Shown one piece after another: positions 42,167 through 54,348 of a stretch of 64,000 nucleotides of DNA. The notes under the pieces were generated by a model, which did no database searches, was not told where the DNA came from, and worked only from the letters and a program-made list of their open reading frames with translations. The DNA is from Octopus sinensis (lineage: Eukaryota): NCBI RefSeq assembly GCF_006345805.1, contig NC_043015.1, positions 22,878,001 through 22,942,000 of the forward strand. The letters are read 5' to 3'. Each line of letters starts with the position of its first letter. Within the stretch, counting starts at the first letter, position 1. Made by a program: the position numbers and the translations under genes.

Positions 42167-42674
42167 GAGTGAGAGAGCAGTTCATGCCATCAAAGTGACA
42201 CTGGGGTAAAATATACGAAGCCCAATATACCCATCATGACTACCAGTCTGATAAGGGCACACCAGGCACATGCATCACAACCATATGTGCGCGGCATGGT
42301 GATCTCATATCAAGATAAACAGCACATGACCTTGCAGGTGGGGCCCAGTTAGAATTTTCTTCAGGTTGAGTAGCCCATCCCGCTCAAACGGTCCCTGAAT
42401 AAGGGTTGTTTATGGATGTTGAAAAACCCACCCATGTCTCCAGAGGTGAATTATGCAAACCCCAAAGAATCCCTCTCAACACATGGCTATGATGCTCCCC
42501 CACTACTTCTGCTCGTGATCAGAGATGCACATATCGTCAGCCACTAAGGGACATGCTCAACTGGTTAAGGTCAAACAACTGACAAGCAAATCTGTGGTAT
42601 TGAGCAGAATATTTGCTGTAGCCCATCTTCTATACCAAGACAGAACAATGTACATGATAACACTTCCAATCAAC
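42167..42674. mobile_element. ~500-bp non-coding interspersed repeat embedded in (TTA)n, copy 1
   Basis: Homologous over its whole length to 45099-45550. Flanked on both sides by (ATT)n. No ORF or tRNA boxes recognised. Orientation uncertain. Confidence 0.8.
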
Positions 42675-42675
<1 letters not shown>

Positions 42676-42726
<51 letters not shown>

Positions 42727-42787
42727 TTATTATTATTATTGTTATTATTATTTTTATTATTATTATTATCTTTATTATTATTATATG

Positions 42788-42843
<56 letters not shown>
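42676..42843. repeat. (TTA)n microsatellite
   Basis: Direct reading. Confidence 0.95.
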
Positions 42844-42887
42844 GTAGTTTCATTTCTATAGCGTGCTTTCACTTCACTACGAAGCGC

Positions 42888-44597
42888 GAAGCTCTTTGCA
42901 AAAAATGACCAACAACTCAAGGGCTTACTAGCGATTGTCAAACAATTCAGTGATGACATCAGAATGCAATTTGGCCTCGATTAATGTGCAAAAGGAAAAA
43001 TGGCAGAAACATCTAGCGTTAACCTTGACCAGCAAAATGTCCTAAAAGAATTAGACCCAGCGGAGAACTATAAGTATCGAGAGGTTTTTGAAGGGGACGG
43101 AATAAGGCATTCAGAGATGAAGGAAATGATCAGGAGAGAATGTTATCGCAGAGTAAGAGCAATACTCAAGAGAGATCTGAATGCAAGAAACAGTATCGAA
43201 GCGATCAATGCATTAGCCATACCAGTCGTGACTTACAGTTTCAATATCGTTAACTGGTCAATTACTGAAATATGTAATCTTGACAGAAAAATACGGAAAC
43301 TTTTCACAATGCATAGAATGCACCACCCTAAGGCAGATACAGAACGACTTTATCTGCCAAGAAAAGAGGGAGGCCGTGGTCTTCTGCAAGTGGCAATGAC
43401 AATGAAGATTGCTACAATTGGCCAAGATACCTACCTGAAACACTCTGAGGACTGGATGTTAAAACTTGTCTCAAAACATGAAAACAAGAAAGCATCATAC
43501 TCAGTAACAAAACAGGCAAAGGAATATCTAAATGAATTCCGAATACAACAAATTTCGAAATTAGAGATAGACATACAAGAAACAAGCACAGAAAAAGCTA
43601 AGCGCATGAAAACCCATGCTAAAACTGCGGCCTTAGATATTCTGAATGATAAATGGCAAGAAAAACCTCTCTATGGCAAATACCCAAAGAGAGTGAATAA
43701 TGCAGATGTTGACAAAGCCCTGACCCATCAATGGCTAATGGCCTCTGGCTTAAAATCTGAAACAGAAGGGTTTATCATAGCAGCTCAAGATCAATGCCGA
43801 GCAACAAGAAACTACCAGGCCAACATATTAAAGACCGGCAGTAGCCCAACATGTCGTGTATGTCAGCAATAAAATGAAACCATTGATCATGTTGTCTCCA
43901 AGTGCAGTCTTCTAGCGCCTACAGAGTATCTCAACATGCATGATAGAGCTGCACAATATATTCACTGGGTAATCTGCAAAAACCTGGATTTGCCCCATGA
44001 AAAAAACTGGTGGGAACCCAAACCACCTCCAGTGCTTGAAAATGACCACATTTCACTCCACTGGAACTTCCCCATTCAAACTGACAGAACGATAGATGCA
44101 AATAGGCCAGACATCATATTGAAAGACATCAAACAAAGAACATGCCTCCTCATTGATATGACTGTCCCAATCGATATAAATGTATCTGTCAAGACCTACC
44201 AAAAACTGAGCAAATATAAAGATCTTGAAATAGAAATCAGCAAAATGTGGAACCTGAAGACTAAAACAATACCTGTTGTCATAGGTGCCCTGGGAATGAT
44301 AGCAAAAGGGTCTGATAGGTACCTAACTCAGATACCAGGAGACCCCAAAATGGCAGAATTTCAAAAGATAGTGCTCATGGGAACAGCTCATATCCTACGC
44401 AAAACAGTTTCTATGTATTCTCAAGGTTTAAACAAACATTTTTTTTTTAGACATCCACTAGTACAACACAAAAAATAATCAACCAAATGTATGGCACACT
44501 AGGCATAACAACAACGTTAACTTCCAACTTGTCTCTTGAGGTCTCTGAGTGAGACTTGGAGCCAACTTGTACAAATATAAAGCAAAAGTCAAACATA
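42888..44597 (+). mobile_element. Second R4/Dong-clade element, different subfamily, 5'-truncated just after the RT catalytic motif
   Basis: Starts KLFAKNDQQLKGLL. ORFs 43000..43872 and 43936..44478 are in frame and separated by one stop (CRVCQQ*NETIDHVVSKC). RLE NRPDIILKD..LLIDMTVP..K..KY is present, followed by a 3' UTR to 44597. Confidence 0.92.
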
Positions 44598-45004
44598 GGC
44601 GCAGGAGTGGCTGTGTGGTAAGTAGCTTGCTTACCAACCACATGGTTCCGGGTTCAGTCCTACTGCGTGGCATCTTGGGCAAGTGACTTCTGCTATAGCT
44701 TCGGGCCGACCAATGCCTTGTGAGTGGATTTGGTAGACGGAAACTGAAAGAAGCCCGTCGTATATATGTATATATATATATGTATGTGTCTGTGTGTTTG
44801 TGTTTGTTCCTCTAGCATTGCTTGACAACAGATGCTGGTGTGTTTACGTCCCCGTCACTTAGCGGCTCGGCGAAAGAGACCGATAGAATAAGTACTGGGC
44901 TTACAGAGAATAAGTCCCGGTGTCGATTTGCTCGACTAGAGGCGGTGCTCCAGCATGGCCGCAGTCAAATGACTGAAACAAGTAAAAGAGAAAAGAGAAA
45001 AGAG

Positions 45005-45007
<3 letters not shown>
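44598..45007 (+). mobile_element. SINE family A, full-length copy
   Basis: GGCGCAGGAGTGGCTGTGTGG...GGTTCAGTCC...(TA/TG)n...CAGTCAAATGACTGAAACAAGTAAAAGAG, with short tandem GAGAAAA tail units. Confidence 0.9.
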
Positions 45008-45072
<65 letters not shown>

Positions 45073-45097
45073 GTAATAATAATAATAATAATAATAA
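45007..45097. repeat. (TAA)n microsatellite, probable tail or target of the second Dong element
   Basis: Direct reading. Confidence 0.9.
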
Positions 45098-45098
45098 A

Positions 45099-45550
45099 GA
45101 GTCAGAGAACAGTGGAAGCCATCAAAGTGGCATTGGGTTACAAATATAGGAAGCCCAGTATATCTTTAATGACTACCTGTCTGATAAGGGTATACCAGGC
45201 ACATGTATCACAAACATGTGGGCGACATGGTGATCTCATATCAAGATAAACAGAGCACGACGTTGTAGGTGGCACCCACTTGGAATTTTCTTCGTGTCAA
45301 GTGGCCCATCTCGCCCAAAAGTTCCCTGAATGAGGTTTGTTGAAGCATGATGTACAAATCACCCAGAGGTGAATTATTCAAATCTCCAAAATTCCTCTTG
45401 ACATATGGCTATGATTCTTCCCAACTACTTCTGTTCACGATCAGAAATACACATATCGTAAGCCACTAAGGGACATGCTCAACTCGTTAGAATGAAGCAA
45501 CTGACAAGCAAATCTGTAGCATTAAAGAATATTTGCCGTAGCCCAGCTCT
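45099..45550. mobile_element. ~450-bp non-coding interspersed repeat, diverged copy 2
   Basis: Shares GCCATCAAAGTG, CTGATAAGGG, ATGGTGATCTCATATCAAGATAAACAG, AGCCACTAAGGGACATGCTCAACT and CAACTGACAAGCAAATCTGT with 42167-42674. Confidence 0.8.
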
Positions 45551-45620
45551 GTTGTTGTTGTTGTTGTCGTTGCTGTTATTGTTGTTGTTGTTTTTATTAT
45601 TATTATTATTATTATTATTA

Positions 45621-46321
45621 CTTTTTTTTTCTTCTTTCAAATTTGCTTCCATTTCTTGCCGAGTGTCTTCCCGACTCCTAGGGCAAAGAAACTCATAGAA
45701 TACATTGGTAGGCCATTAAACCAAACTCAATAGTTCGTTCTTTTTTTTTTTTTTTTAAGTTAAATTAAAATACATGAGCAGCAACAGTTCTCACATCGAC
45801 AATGCTCTTCTCAATACGTGTGATGTACCAGTTAAGACAATCTTTTGCACTTCTTGCAGGGATGGTAAGCCAGGGATCATTCTCATATAATTTTCGGTTC
45901 CCTTGTTGATCATTCCTAGTGTTCCTACGATCACTAGTATTGTAACCGCCTTGAGATGCCACATTTTCTCAATTTCAATGAGTAGGTCTTTATATTTTCT
46001 GAGCTTGTCAAACTCTTTCGCTGAGATATTATTATCACAGGGGATGCTCATGTCGATCAATAAGCAAACTTTATTGTTTTGGTCTTTCCTAACAATATCT
46101 GGTTTATTGGCCTTGATGGTTCGGTCTGTATGTACTGGAAAGTCCCACAGAATGGTTACATTTTCTCCTTCAGTTACAGCCTCAGGGTGGTGATTATACC
46201 ACTTGTCGGCAGTTTTGATATTGTAATGCCGACTTATTAGCCAGTGTAGATATTGGCCAACTCTGTCATGTCTTAATTTATACTCCACTGGAGCTAAGAC
46301 TTTACATCCAGAGATTAGGTG

Positions 46322-46323
<2 letters not shown>
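45621..46323 (-). mobile_element. 5'-truncated copy of the first Dong subfamily (RLE plus 3' UTR) in opposite orientation
   Basis: Reverse complement of 41386-42087 with scattered substitutions. Bounded by (TAA)n on both sides when read on the minus strand. Confidence 0.93.
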
Positions 46324-46384
<61 letters not shown>

Positions 46385-46534
46385 TACAGCATTTTGATTA
46401 TCTGTATTGCTGTTTATTCTTCGCAATATTATCATTCGCTGCCATTTAAGAAATTTCATATTATCAAGAAATAGCTTTGATATCTACTTGATGCACTAAT
46501 TAAAGCAGTAATGATGACGATGACGATGATGATG

Positions 46535-46603
<69 letters not shown>

Positions 46604-46624
46604 TTAATAATAATAATAATAATA
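46323..46624. repeat. (TTA)n tract (46323-46383) and (TAA)n tract (46533-46624)
   Basis: Direct reading. Confidence 0.9.
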
Positions 46625-47257
46625 ATGATGATAGATCTGACAGTAGATCTGATAATTATAATTATTACTTTAATCATCGTTGTGGCATTTGCTTTTGTAG
46701 CAGTTGTTGTGGTTCTTGTTGTTATTAATATTATTACTCGTCAGCTTCATGGTTTGATCTTCTATCAACTACTCATTCGCGCGAATGCTTTGACTACAAC
46801 GGCCAGCGCTGAATTGAATAACTCCGTTCATGTCTCCAATTAATAGGAGAACTGCGTAAGAGAAATGTTTTATGTATTTGTATGCGAGCACATTAGATAT
46901 TCACCGAGCTTTCTGGCAGACATTTAATTGCCGTAAATACTTTATTATCAAGTCCTTTGTGCTTTCCACCGGAATGTCGTATATATTTCTTTATCCCAAC
47001 ATCTAAAACCAATTCTGTTACCGCTAGGTGACTACTAAAGTTGGCTTGGTGGTGTGGGCGATGCGTACATCTTACGGAATTCGGGACCCAATTACAATAA
47101 TAACATCATGAAGATTTGTCTTAAGCAACTTAGCTTTTGTGCATTACAATTCAAATACTTTTCTCTTATAATGTCTAGACTGCTTTGCCGTGTTCATTTA
47201 TCATTGATGTGTGTAATATATTCGTTGGATTGACTGATACCTATTAGGAAAGGAACT

Positions 47258-47400
47258 GAAGAAGAAGAAGAAGAAGAAGAAGAAGAAGAAGAAGAAGAAG
47301 AAGAAGAAGAAGAAGAAGAAGAAGAAGAAGAAGAAGAAGAAGAAGAAGAAGAAGAAGAAGAAGAAGAAGAAGAAGAAGAAGAAGAAGAAGAAGAAGAAGA
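47258..47400. repeat. Uninterrupted (GAA)n tract, about 47 units
   Basis: Direct reading. Confidence 0.97.
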
Positions 47401-48141
47401 GATGCAATATTCAAATTAGTAATGAATTGAAGTGATATGATGTGAACACCATTAACTGAAGTTATACACTGAAGACAATGTTAACATTTAACGAGTATGA
47501 AATTGTCTCCATTGCTTAATCAATAATGGTTATATATTTCACAACAGATCTAAATGTGATGAAAGAATGTGCGAAAGATGCCACGTGTGAAACATATACG
47601 GAGGTTTTATTTTCTTCTTTTATTTTGCATTATTTTTAAGAAAAGTGTTTTGATTTTACGAATCATATTCCTTTTAATCTTGTAGTTAACACAGCAGTTC
47701 CCCTCATTATTTTCGATGCCCTTCTGATTTTATGGAGATCACTTTGTCCGATTGATATTTCCCTATCGATAAAGACAGCTGACCCACTTTCTTATTCACA
47801 GATAGTCCAGAGCCGCGGTACTTATCGATAATCTTCTTATAGTTAATGTAGTGAATCTACTGAGCTGCAACAGAGCTACCGCATTCACATTTTGCTGTTT
47901 AAACAAACAAAACGCTATGTTACATAAGGTAGTCCCGGATATATTAAGCTAGAAAGAAGACGGATTTACATTCGGATGAGAGGCTTTTTCAATTCTATGG
48001 CCATTGCTTCGCTTTCGACTCATAGTGAAACGACAGCAACAGTTTCAATATACAATTCTTTGACAATGGAAAGTTTTATCATATAGTGAATGTCATTTCA
48101 AAGCTCTACAGAAATAGAAATTGATATTTAAACAGTGAGAA

Positions 48142-48360
48142 GGTGGCGAGCTGGCTGAATAGTTTAAACACCTGACTAAAGGTTTGGCGGCATTTCGTCC
48201 ATCTTTACGTTCTGAATACCAATTCCGCCGAAGTAGAATTTGTTTTTTATCCTTTCGGGGGTCAATAAAATGCGTACAAGTTGAACTCTTAGTTCGATGT
48301 AATCGACTCAACCCCTCATGTTCAATTGGTGATCTTGTGCCAACATTCGAAGCCAATATT
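48142..48360 (+). mobile_element. SINE family B, diverged copy
   Basis: GGCGAGCTGGCTGAATAG...AATTCCGCCGAAGTAG...TCCTTTCGGGGGTCAATAAAAT..GTACAAGTTGAAC...GATGTAATCGACT. Confidence 0.8.
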
Positions 48361-51300
48361 CACGAAGTGAAAAAAACGCCAGTTAAATCTACTATAATGT
48401 AAGTCGTGAAATATCGCCTCATTTTGGCACAAGTCCTACATTTTTGTAGTGCTAGGGTTCGCTTATAACATAGACCCTAACACTGTTGTTGTTCTTTATT
48501 TTATCAGCTCTTGGAGGAAAAGAGACAGATGTTCCTTCGGCAGCATTTCAACTACTTTAAACAAAAAAAAATATTTTTCTTGGCATTTTTCTTCTAACTT
48601 TGACAACTCATTTCGCTCGGCGCTGTACTTTTGATACCTAGATCCTTTCCTCTTTTCCCCTCAGACTGCTAGAAATAGAATTAAATTTCTTTTGCAAATT
48701 TCTTTTGCAAATTTCTGTCTGCAAAATGAAATGACATGTTCTTTTAATAATTCCCAGTATGAGGACTATAGAAGCATTCAAAGCCTATGTCTATTACTTA
48801 AGATAACACCGTTTAAACCGGTATCAAATTGTGATTTATAACAATTTCTAACAATTTTAATGGCTACAGAATATAACCCGGTAATATGATAAAGAATATA
48901 ACCTAAAAATCAAATTATGCATTTTCTGCGATTGCTTTTAGGCTGTAAGTAACTCGCTGACAACCTGGATATTTCAATTCCTATTTCCTATCAAATGTTT
49001 CATACTCCGCAATGCATTTTTCATTTTCGCATACATTGACAATATGTAGTGAAACGAAAAGTAAACAATGAATAGTAAATTGATTGATAAAAGGACAAAA
49101 GAAACTGGCAGTTCCTTTGAAGTCAAATCTCTTAGCTGAACATTTTTCTAAATTCCTTTGATACTGATGACACGCATTCTTTAAATTGCCGTGTATAAAT
49201 TAATTATATTTTCCTCGATGAGAACGAGAACTGCGGGTCTTTTAATTTGTCTTTATAAAAAGAAAAAGAGAACTACAGGCATAGAATCTTGTGGCATATT
49301 TATATTTAAGAAAGAAAGATATGGAAACTTCGAGAATAGCAAAAACAGACACCAACAAACCAGTGCGCACATAAGTAAGCATATGTGCACACGATTGAAG
49401 ATGAATAGCTAGACAGATTAATAGATATTTGATAGATAGCTTTATCAATAGATAATAGAGATTTAGTTAAATAGATAGACAGATACATAGATAGATACAG
49501 TGGCAGCCATATCTGATAAACAAACATATGTGTACGTGTGCCATTGCGTGTGAGCGTGCATGAACATGTGTGTGCCGGAGCTGAAAATTCCTTTAGAGAA
49601 CTGCTGCTTAGTTATTACATTATAATTGGGAATTACTATACTTTGATGAATTTTCTTCTTTTTTTTTTTTTTGCTTGTAAGTAGAACAGTTAGGTGGAAA
49701 GCGACCTACTTAAACACATGTCTACGACTGAAAACACCTCAATATATGTAGTGGGAAAAAATGAGCTATTATTTCCGGACTAATATAGTTGCAGTTCGAA
49801 TGAAGAGTGTTCAAATATTGGCTTGAAATGTAATGAAAACTACGTGCTGTTCCTTGACATAACTTTCACATAAGTTAAGATAAGGATAGAAACTATGGTG
49901 ACAAACGGAAGCATGAAGGACATCTTAATAACAAGAAAAGCAATCAATTACTGTGAAGTAAATTTACGTCCTAAATATTCTTAGAATATCTGAAGTTTGA
50001 ATTACAAATTTAAGATATCATGGTCATCTCATCGATGTGTCTCTGTTGATGTCTTATGGTTTTTATTTCTACGACAGATTCGGGGGATGTTGCTTGGCAA
50101 ATTGAGGATAAGGGCGTCCACATTCCATCTTAATACTAGTTTTTGTCTGCTCACTTGATTAAACAACGTAAGGGACACAATGAGCTTTAGTGAAATGGAA
50201 TCGAACCAATTATTTTAATAACCAGGAGATCAGATGATAAAAAGGCACGCACATTCATTTATTATCATATACAATATTTACATTTCGGAGATCACATAGA
50301 CATCTTTTCGTTTTCGTTTATAATAACTAATCACAATTAATATTTCTTCGTTCAAAACACGAAATAGGTTAGCGGAAGTTCACAGATATGTTCGACCGAT
50401 GTTTCACTAATTTCTTGTTAGGCGATCGACTTCACTTTGCTCTGTAATAAATGTCAATTTATATTTACTAAGGCCCAAGTCAGCCATGATTTGACCAAAA
50501 TGTAATGAAAGGCATTTACGAAGGTATTAAAACTAAGCTTACATCATTCTAGAATGTAAATTATACGGATTAATATTTCTCTAGGTGTGTGTAAGTTGAA
50601 TGAAGATAGAATTAAATTAACTCTAAATTACTGAGTGAAACGAAAACTGAACTAAAGTAATTAAGATCTAGTCTAAATTAATTCAAACGAACAGTTGTAA
50701 TGACGGCTTAACTAGGTAAGACTTCGCATTTATATTTTTTAGAAGTATGTGAAGTTGATTAAAATTGAAAGGAAGTTAAATATAGCAAATTAATTGAAAT
50801 CCAAACGAAATGAAAGTTTTAATATAGGCTTACTGAGGCAGCTCATAAGTCCGTATCAAATGAAAGACGGATTAAAAAGTCATTTTAAATGAAGGATAAG
50901 AAAGTTATATATTTTGTATAGTAAGGTATGAAGAATTTTACTTTGTCACACACAGTCTCATTATGAGGGCTTTCGGTTCATGATCAAAAATTTCTGGATT
51001 CAAATTCTAAACCGAGATGCGCGTGCCAGCAAGACGTTTCATTTCATGTTATTCTTATAATATCAGCTTCTAAATAATTACCAAATAATTACTAAATAAT
51101 TATTGGGGAAGCGCACCCCTTCCCTTTCTCTCGATCGTTGTTTTAGAATTTCACCTGTCTTATTTTGGATATACCATTAGATGAAAGGTGAAGTGTCCGA
51201 TCTTGACGTCTGTGTCTGTTCGTGACTACACAAGCAACTAAGACAATTAGTGCAAACATTAATGGTATTAGTAAATCATACGCCCTCGAGTGATGCCTAA

Positions 51301-52403
51301 CTGTACTCATATGATTTTGGTTTTGATTTGTGTACCACATTGCTCATTTTTATCATGACCAAATCTCTTCATTTCAGGTTGTTCCTATCTTAATCCGCTC
51401 AAAAGTATACCAAAGAAGTACATAGGGAGCCTTCTCTTCATCCACTTGCCAAATATTGAATGTCCCATTGGATCAAAAGAGGAAGGGAAGAATTAGTGAG
51501 AATGCTTGCGATTATATCTAAGCATATAACAACGTTTAGCGAATGTTTGATAGTGTCTGCACTAGAATTTTGTTATAAATTATTTTCATCGGTTTTATCT
51601 TAATTTTTATTTCTGGTTGAATATATTTACGTGATGGTATTTGCAGAAGAACTCAGTTTCCCCTCACCGTTTCTGTTCTTATTATTTCCTGTAGAATACA
51701 ATATCTCCAGGCTTTCCAAACTATATTTCCGTTTCATTGCTACATTTTCACCAAACTGTGCGATTAGTTCATTTCCGGTCAATTTTGTTCTGCTGTGAGT
51801 TCCCAAGTACTAAATTTCGTTTACGAATATCTCTCATTGCCATGTCTTTTATATTCAATTTGAAATTTTACGATAAAAAGTCAGATTAATCCAAAATATT
51901 TTACTTACATTTGATAGTACTGATCTAATTACTAAACCAAACTTTACAGTGCTTCATCACTGTTTATTAATTTACTGCAACATATCAGTACATATCCTTT
52001 ATTTAAATTCGTGCATAAGCGGCAACTCATTTACCACATTCCGTTACCCTCTACAGTGTGCGATAAAAATACTTCGTTAAAGAAAAACATTAAAACATTG
52101 CTACATATATACATATTAGGAACTGCTTTATGTCACTTGCGTCACATCAAAAGCGCCAGGCGAATGGTCGTGTAAAATATATATATACATGCATACACAA
52201 TGTGACTAAATATGGATCGTTTGTGATTGTTTCTACTGTTTTCTTTTTCTCTCGGACTTTCTGTCTCCTGTTTCTGCAGAAGTGCTCAGATCGAAATGTA
52301 AAACTACCTTTCGTTCCTTCCTTGAAGGTCTCTTAATACTTTGCATGTACTACGTCCTCACGTTGTTGTTTATTTCTTGTATTTTCTCTACGTTTTTTGG
52401 CAT

Positions 52404-52440
<37 letters not shown>

Positions 52441-53608
52441 GAAGTTTTGAATTTTGCAGAAAGCGAAAGACGATGACAGTGTATGAACAACAAGTCTTTT
52501 ACGTCTAGAGCCATCGTATATGAATATCCAACAAACTATATGCACAGGACAGCTACATATAATTTATTGAATTTCAAACAAAATAAAGCATATAACTGAC
52601 AAACAAAATACAAGTGCGTTTTCTATAACAAAATCCAGAGATGAATTTATATTTAATGATAATGCTATCGTAAGTTTGTAATTTTAACTGGCAAGTAATG
52701 TAAATTCGAAACTACTCTACTGCATATGGCAGGTTACTATTTTGGCTCTTTATGTACGAAAAAAAACTCTTTTTCAGAAATTATCATATTCTAATCTCGA
52801 TTTATAATGAAGCATATATTGCCATACGAGATTCTGTAGGTTTCCCTTCCTGATTTTACTCCGTCTTATAAACAAAATTCAACTTTCATAATTACCACGT
52901 CATTTTTTATATAGAATTCAAGAAAATTAGCCGTCATAACAGACAGACAAGCTGTCATGGGCATTGTTCTTATTTGAGAAATTCATATCTCGTGCAAATT
53001 GCTTCAAATTCAAAATCTGCTATACATATCTGACTTGGATTATCATGACAATTTAAATGCCATTACACGCTGCAGTCAACGCATGGTGAATATTTTTTTT
53101 ACTACAATATCTCATTTCTGGTTTTAATATATATATACATTTAGGAACTCATTGATCATGCAACATTTAACACTCATAAAATTTAATGAAGTATGTGGTA
53201 ATCCATGCTTGCTAAGGTCATGATTTTACTTATTTCTTAAGGATATCATTTTCCTTTTAAATACATAATATACGATGTTGTCAGAAAACTTAAAATAGTG
53301 TTTCAGGATTAATGAACTCACACGCAGAGCCGATCAATTTTCAAAACTTACATTTTGGTTACTATTATTTCGTATTGCGTCGCGACTTATTTCTATAGTG
53401 CTGGTATGAATACAACCTTTGTCATTTACGTCTAGCTCTGTTATATTCAATCTTCAAATGGGCATCTATAATGTTAATGATGCATTCAAAATAGAACATA
53501 ATCGCAGACTAATATAATTATCTATAGTTCGTAGCGTACACAATGAATTACTTTACATATATCTAAATACATATATATATATATACATACATATATATAT
53601 ATATATAT

Positions 53609-53928
53609 GATGGCTGCCCCCTCATTATCGAGTATGGCCATTGCACGAAGCTCAACTGTTATTGGTGCTGAGATCGAATGTGACTTTTATTTGCTTTTTA
53701 AGGCTACATCCAGCCATTCAGTTGAGACTCAACAATCACGAACAATGTTATGCAATGCCTGTGCAAGAAGACTTATTTTAAAGTGAGGAAAGGCTGTGCA
53801 CTGAATCAATCCCACTCACTAAGCAACAGCAGCCATAATCCGAAAAGAAGAACAAGTCGACATCACCGGTAACCACTGAGCCGCAGGTTTTATGTCGGAG
53901 TTATCCCAGTTACCTGAGTTATATACTC

Positions 53929-53976
<48 letters not shown>

Positions 53977-54290
53977 TGCCCCCTCATTATCGAGTATGGC
54001 CATTGCACGAAGCTCAACTGTTATTGGTGCTGAGATCGAATGTGACTTTTATTTGCTTTTTAAGGCTACATCCAGCCATTCAGTTGAGACTCAACAATCA
54101 CGAACAATGTTATGCAATGCCTGTGCAAGAAGACTTATTTTAAAGTGAGGAAAGGCTGTGCACTGAATCAATCCCACTCACTAAGCAACAGCAGCCATAA
54201 TCCGAAAAGAAGAACAAGTCGACATCACCGGTAACCACTGAGCCGCAGGTTTTATGTCGGAGTTATCCCAGTTACCTGAGTTATATACTC

Positions 54291-54293
<3 letters not shown>
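53609..54293. repeat. Exact tandem duplication of a 323-bp unit (53609-53931 and 53971-54293), each copy flanked by (TA)n
   Basis: Base-by-base reading found no differences between the two units. The period is 362 bp. Confidence 0.95.

Positions 54294-54348
<55 letters not shown>

Noticed and set aside
50090-51060. B-box-like motifs at ~50190(-) and ~50998(+)
   Set aside because: Probably decayed SINE heads. There is no cloverleaf for a tRNA gene and too little body sequence to call.
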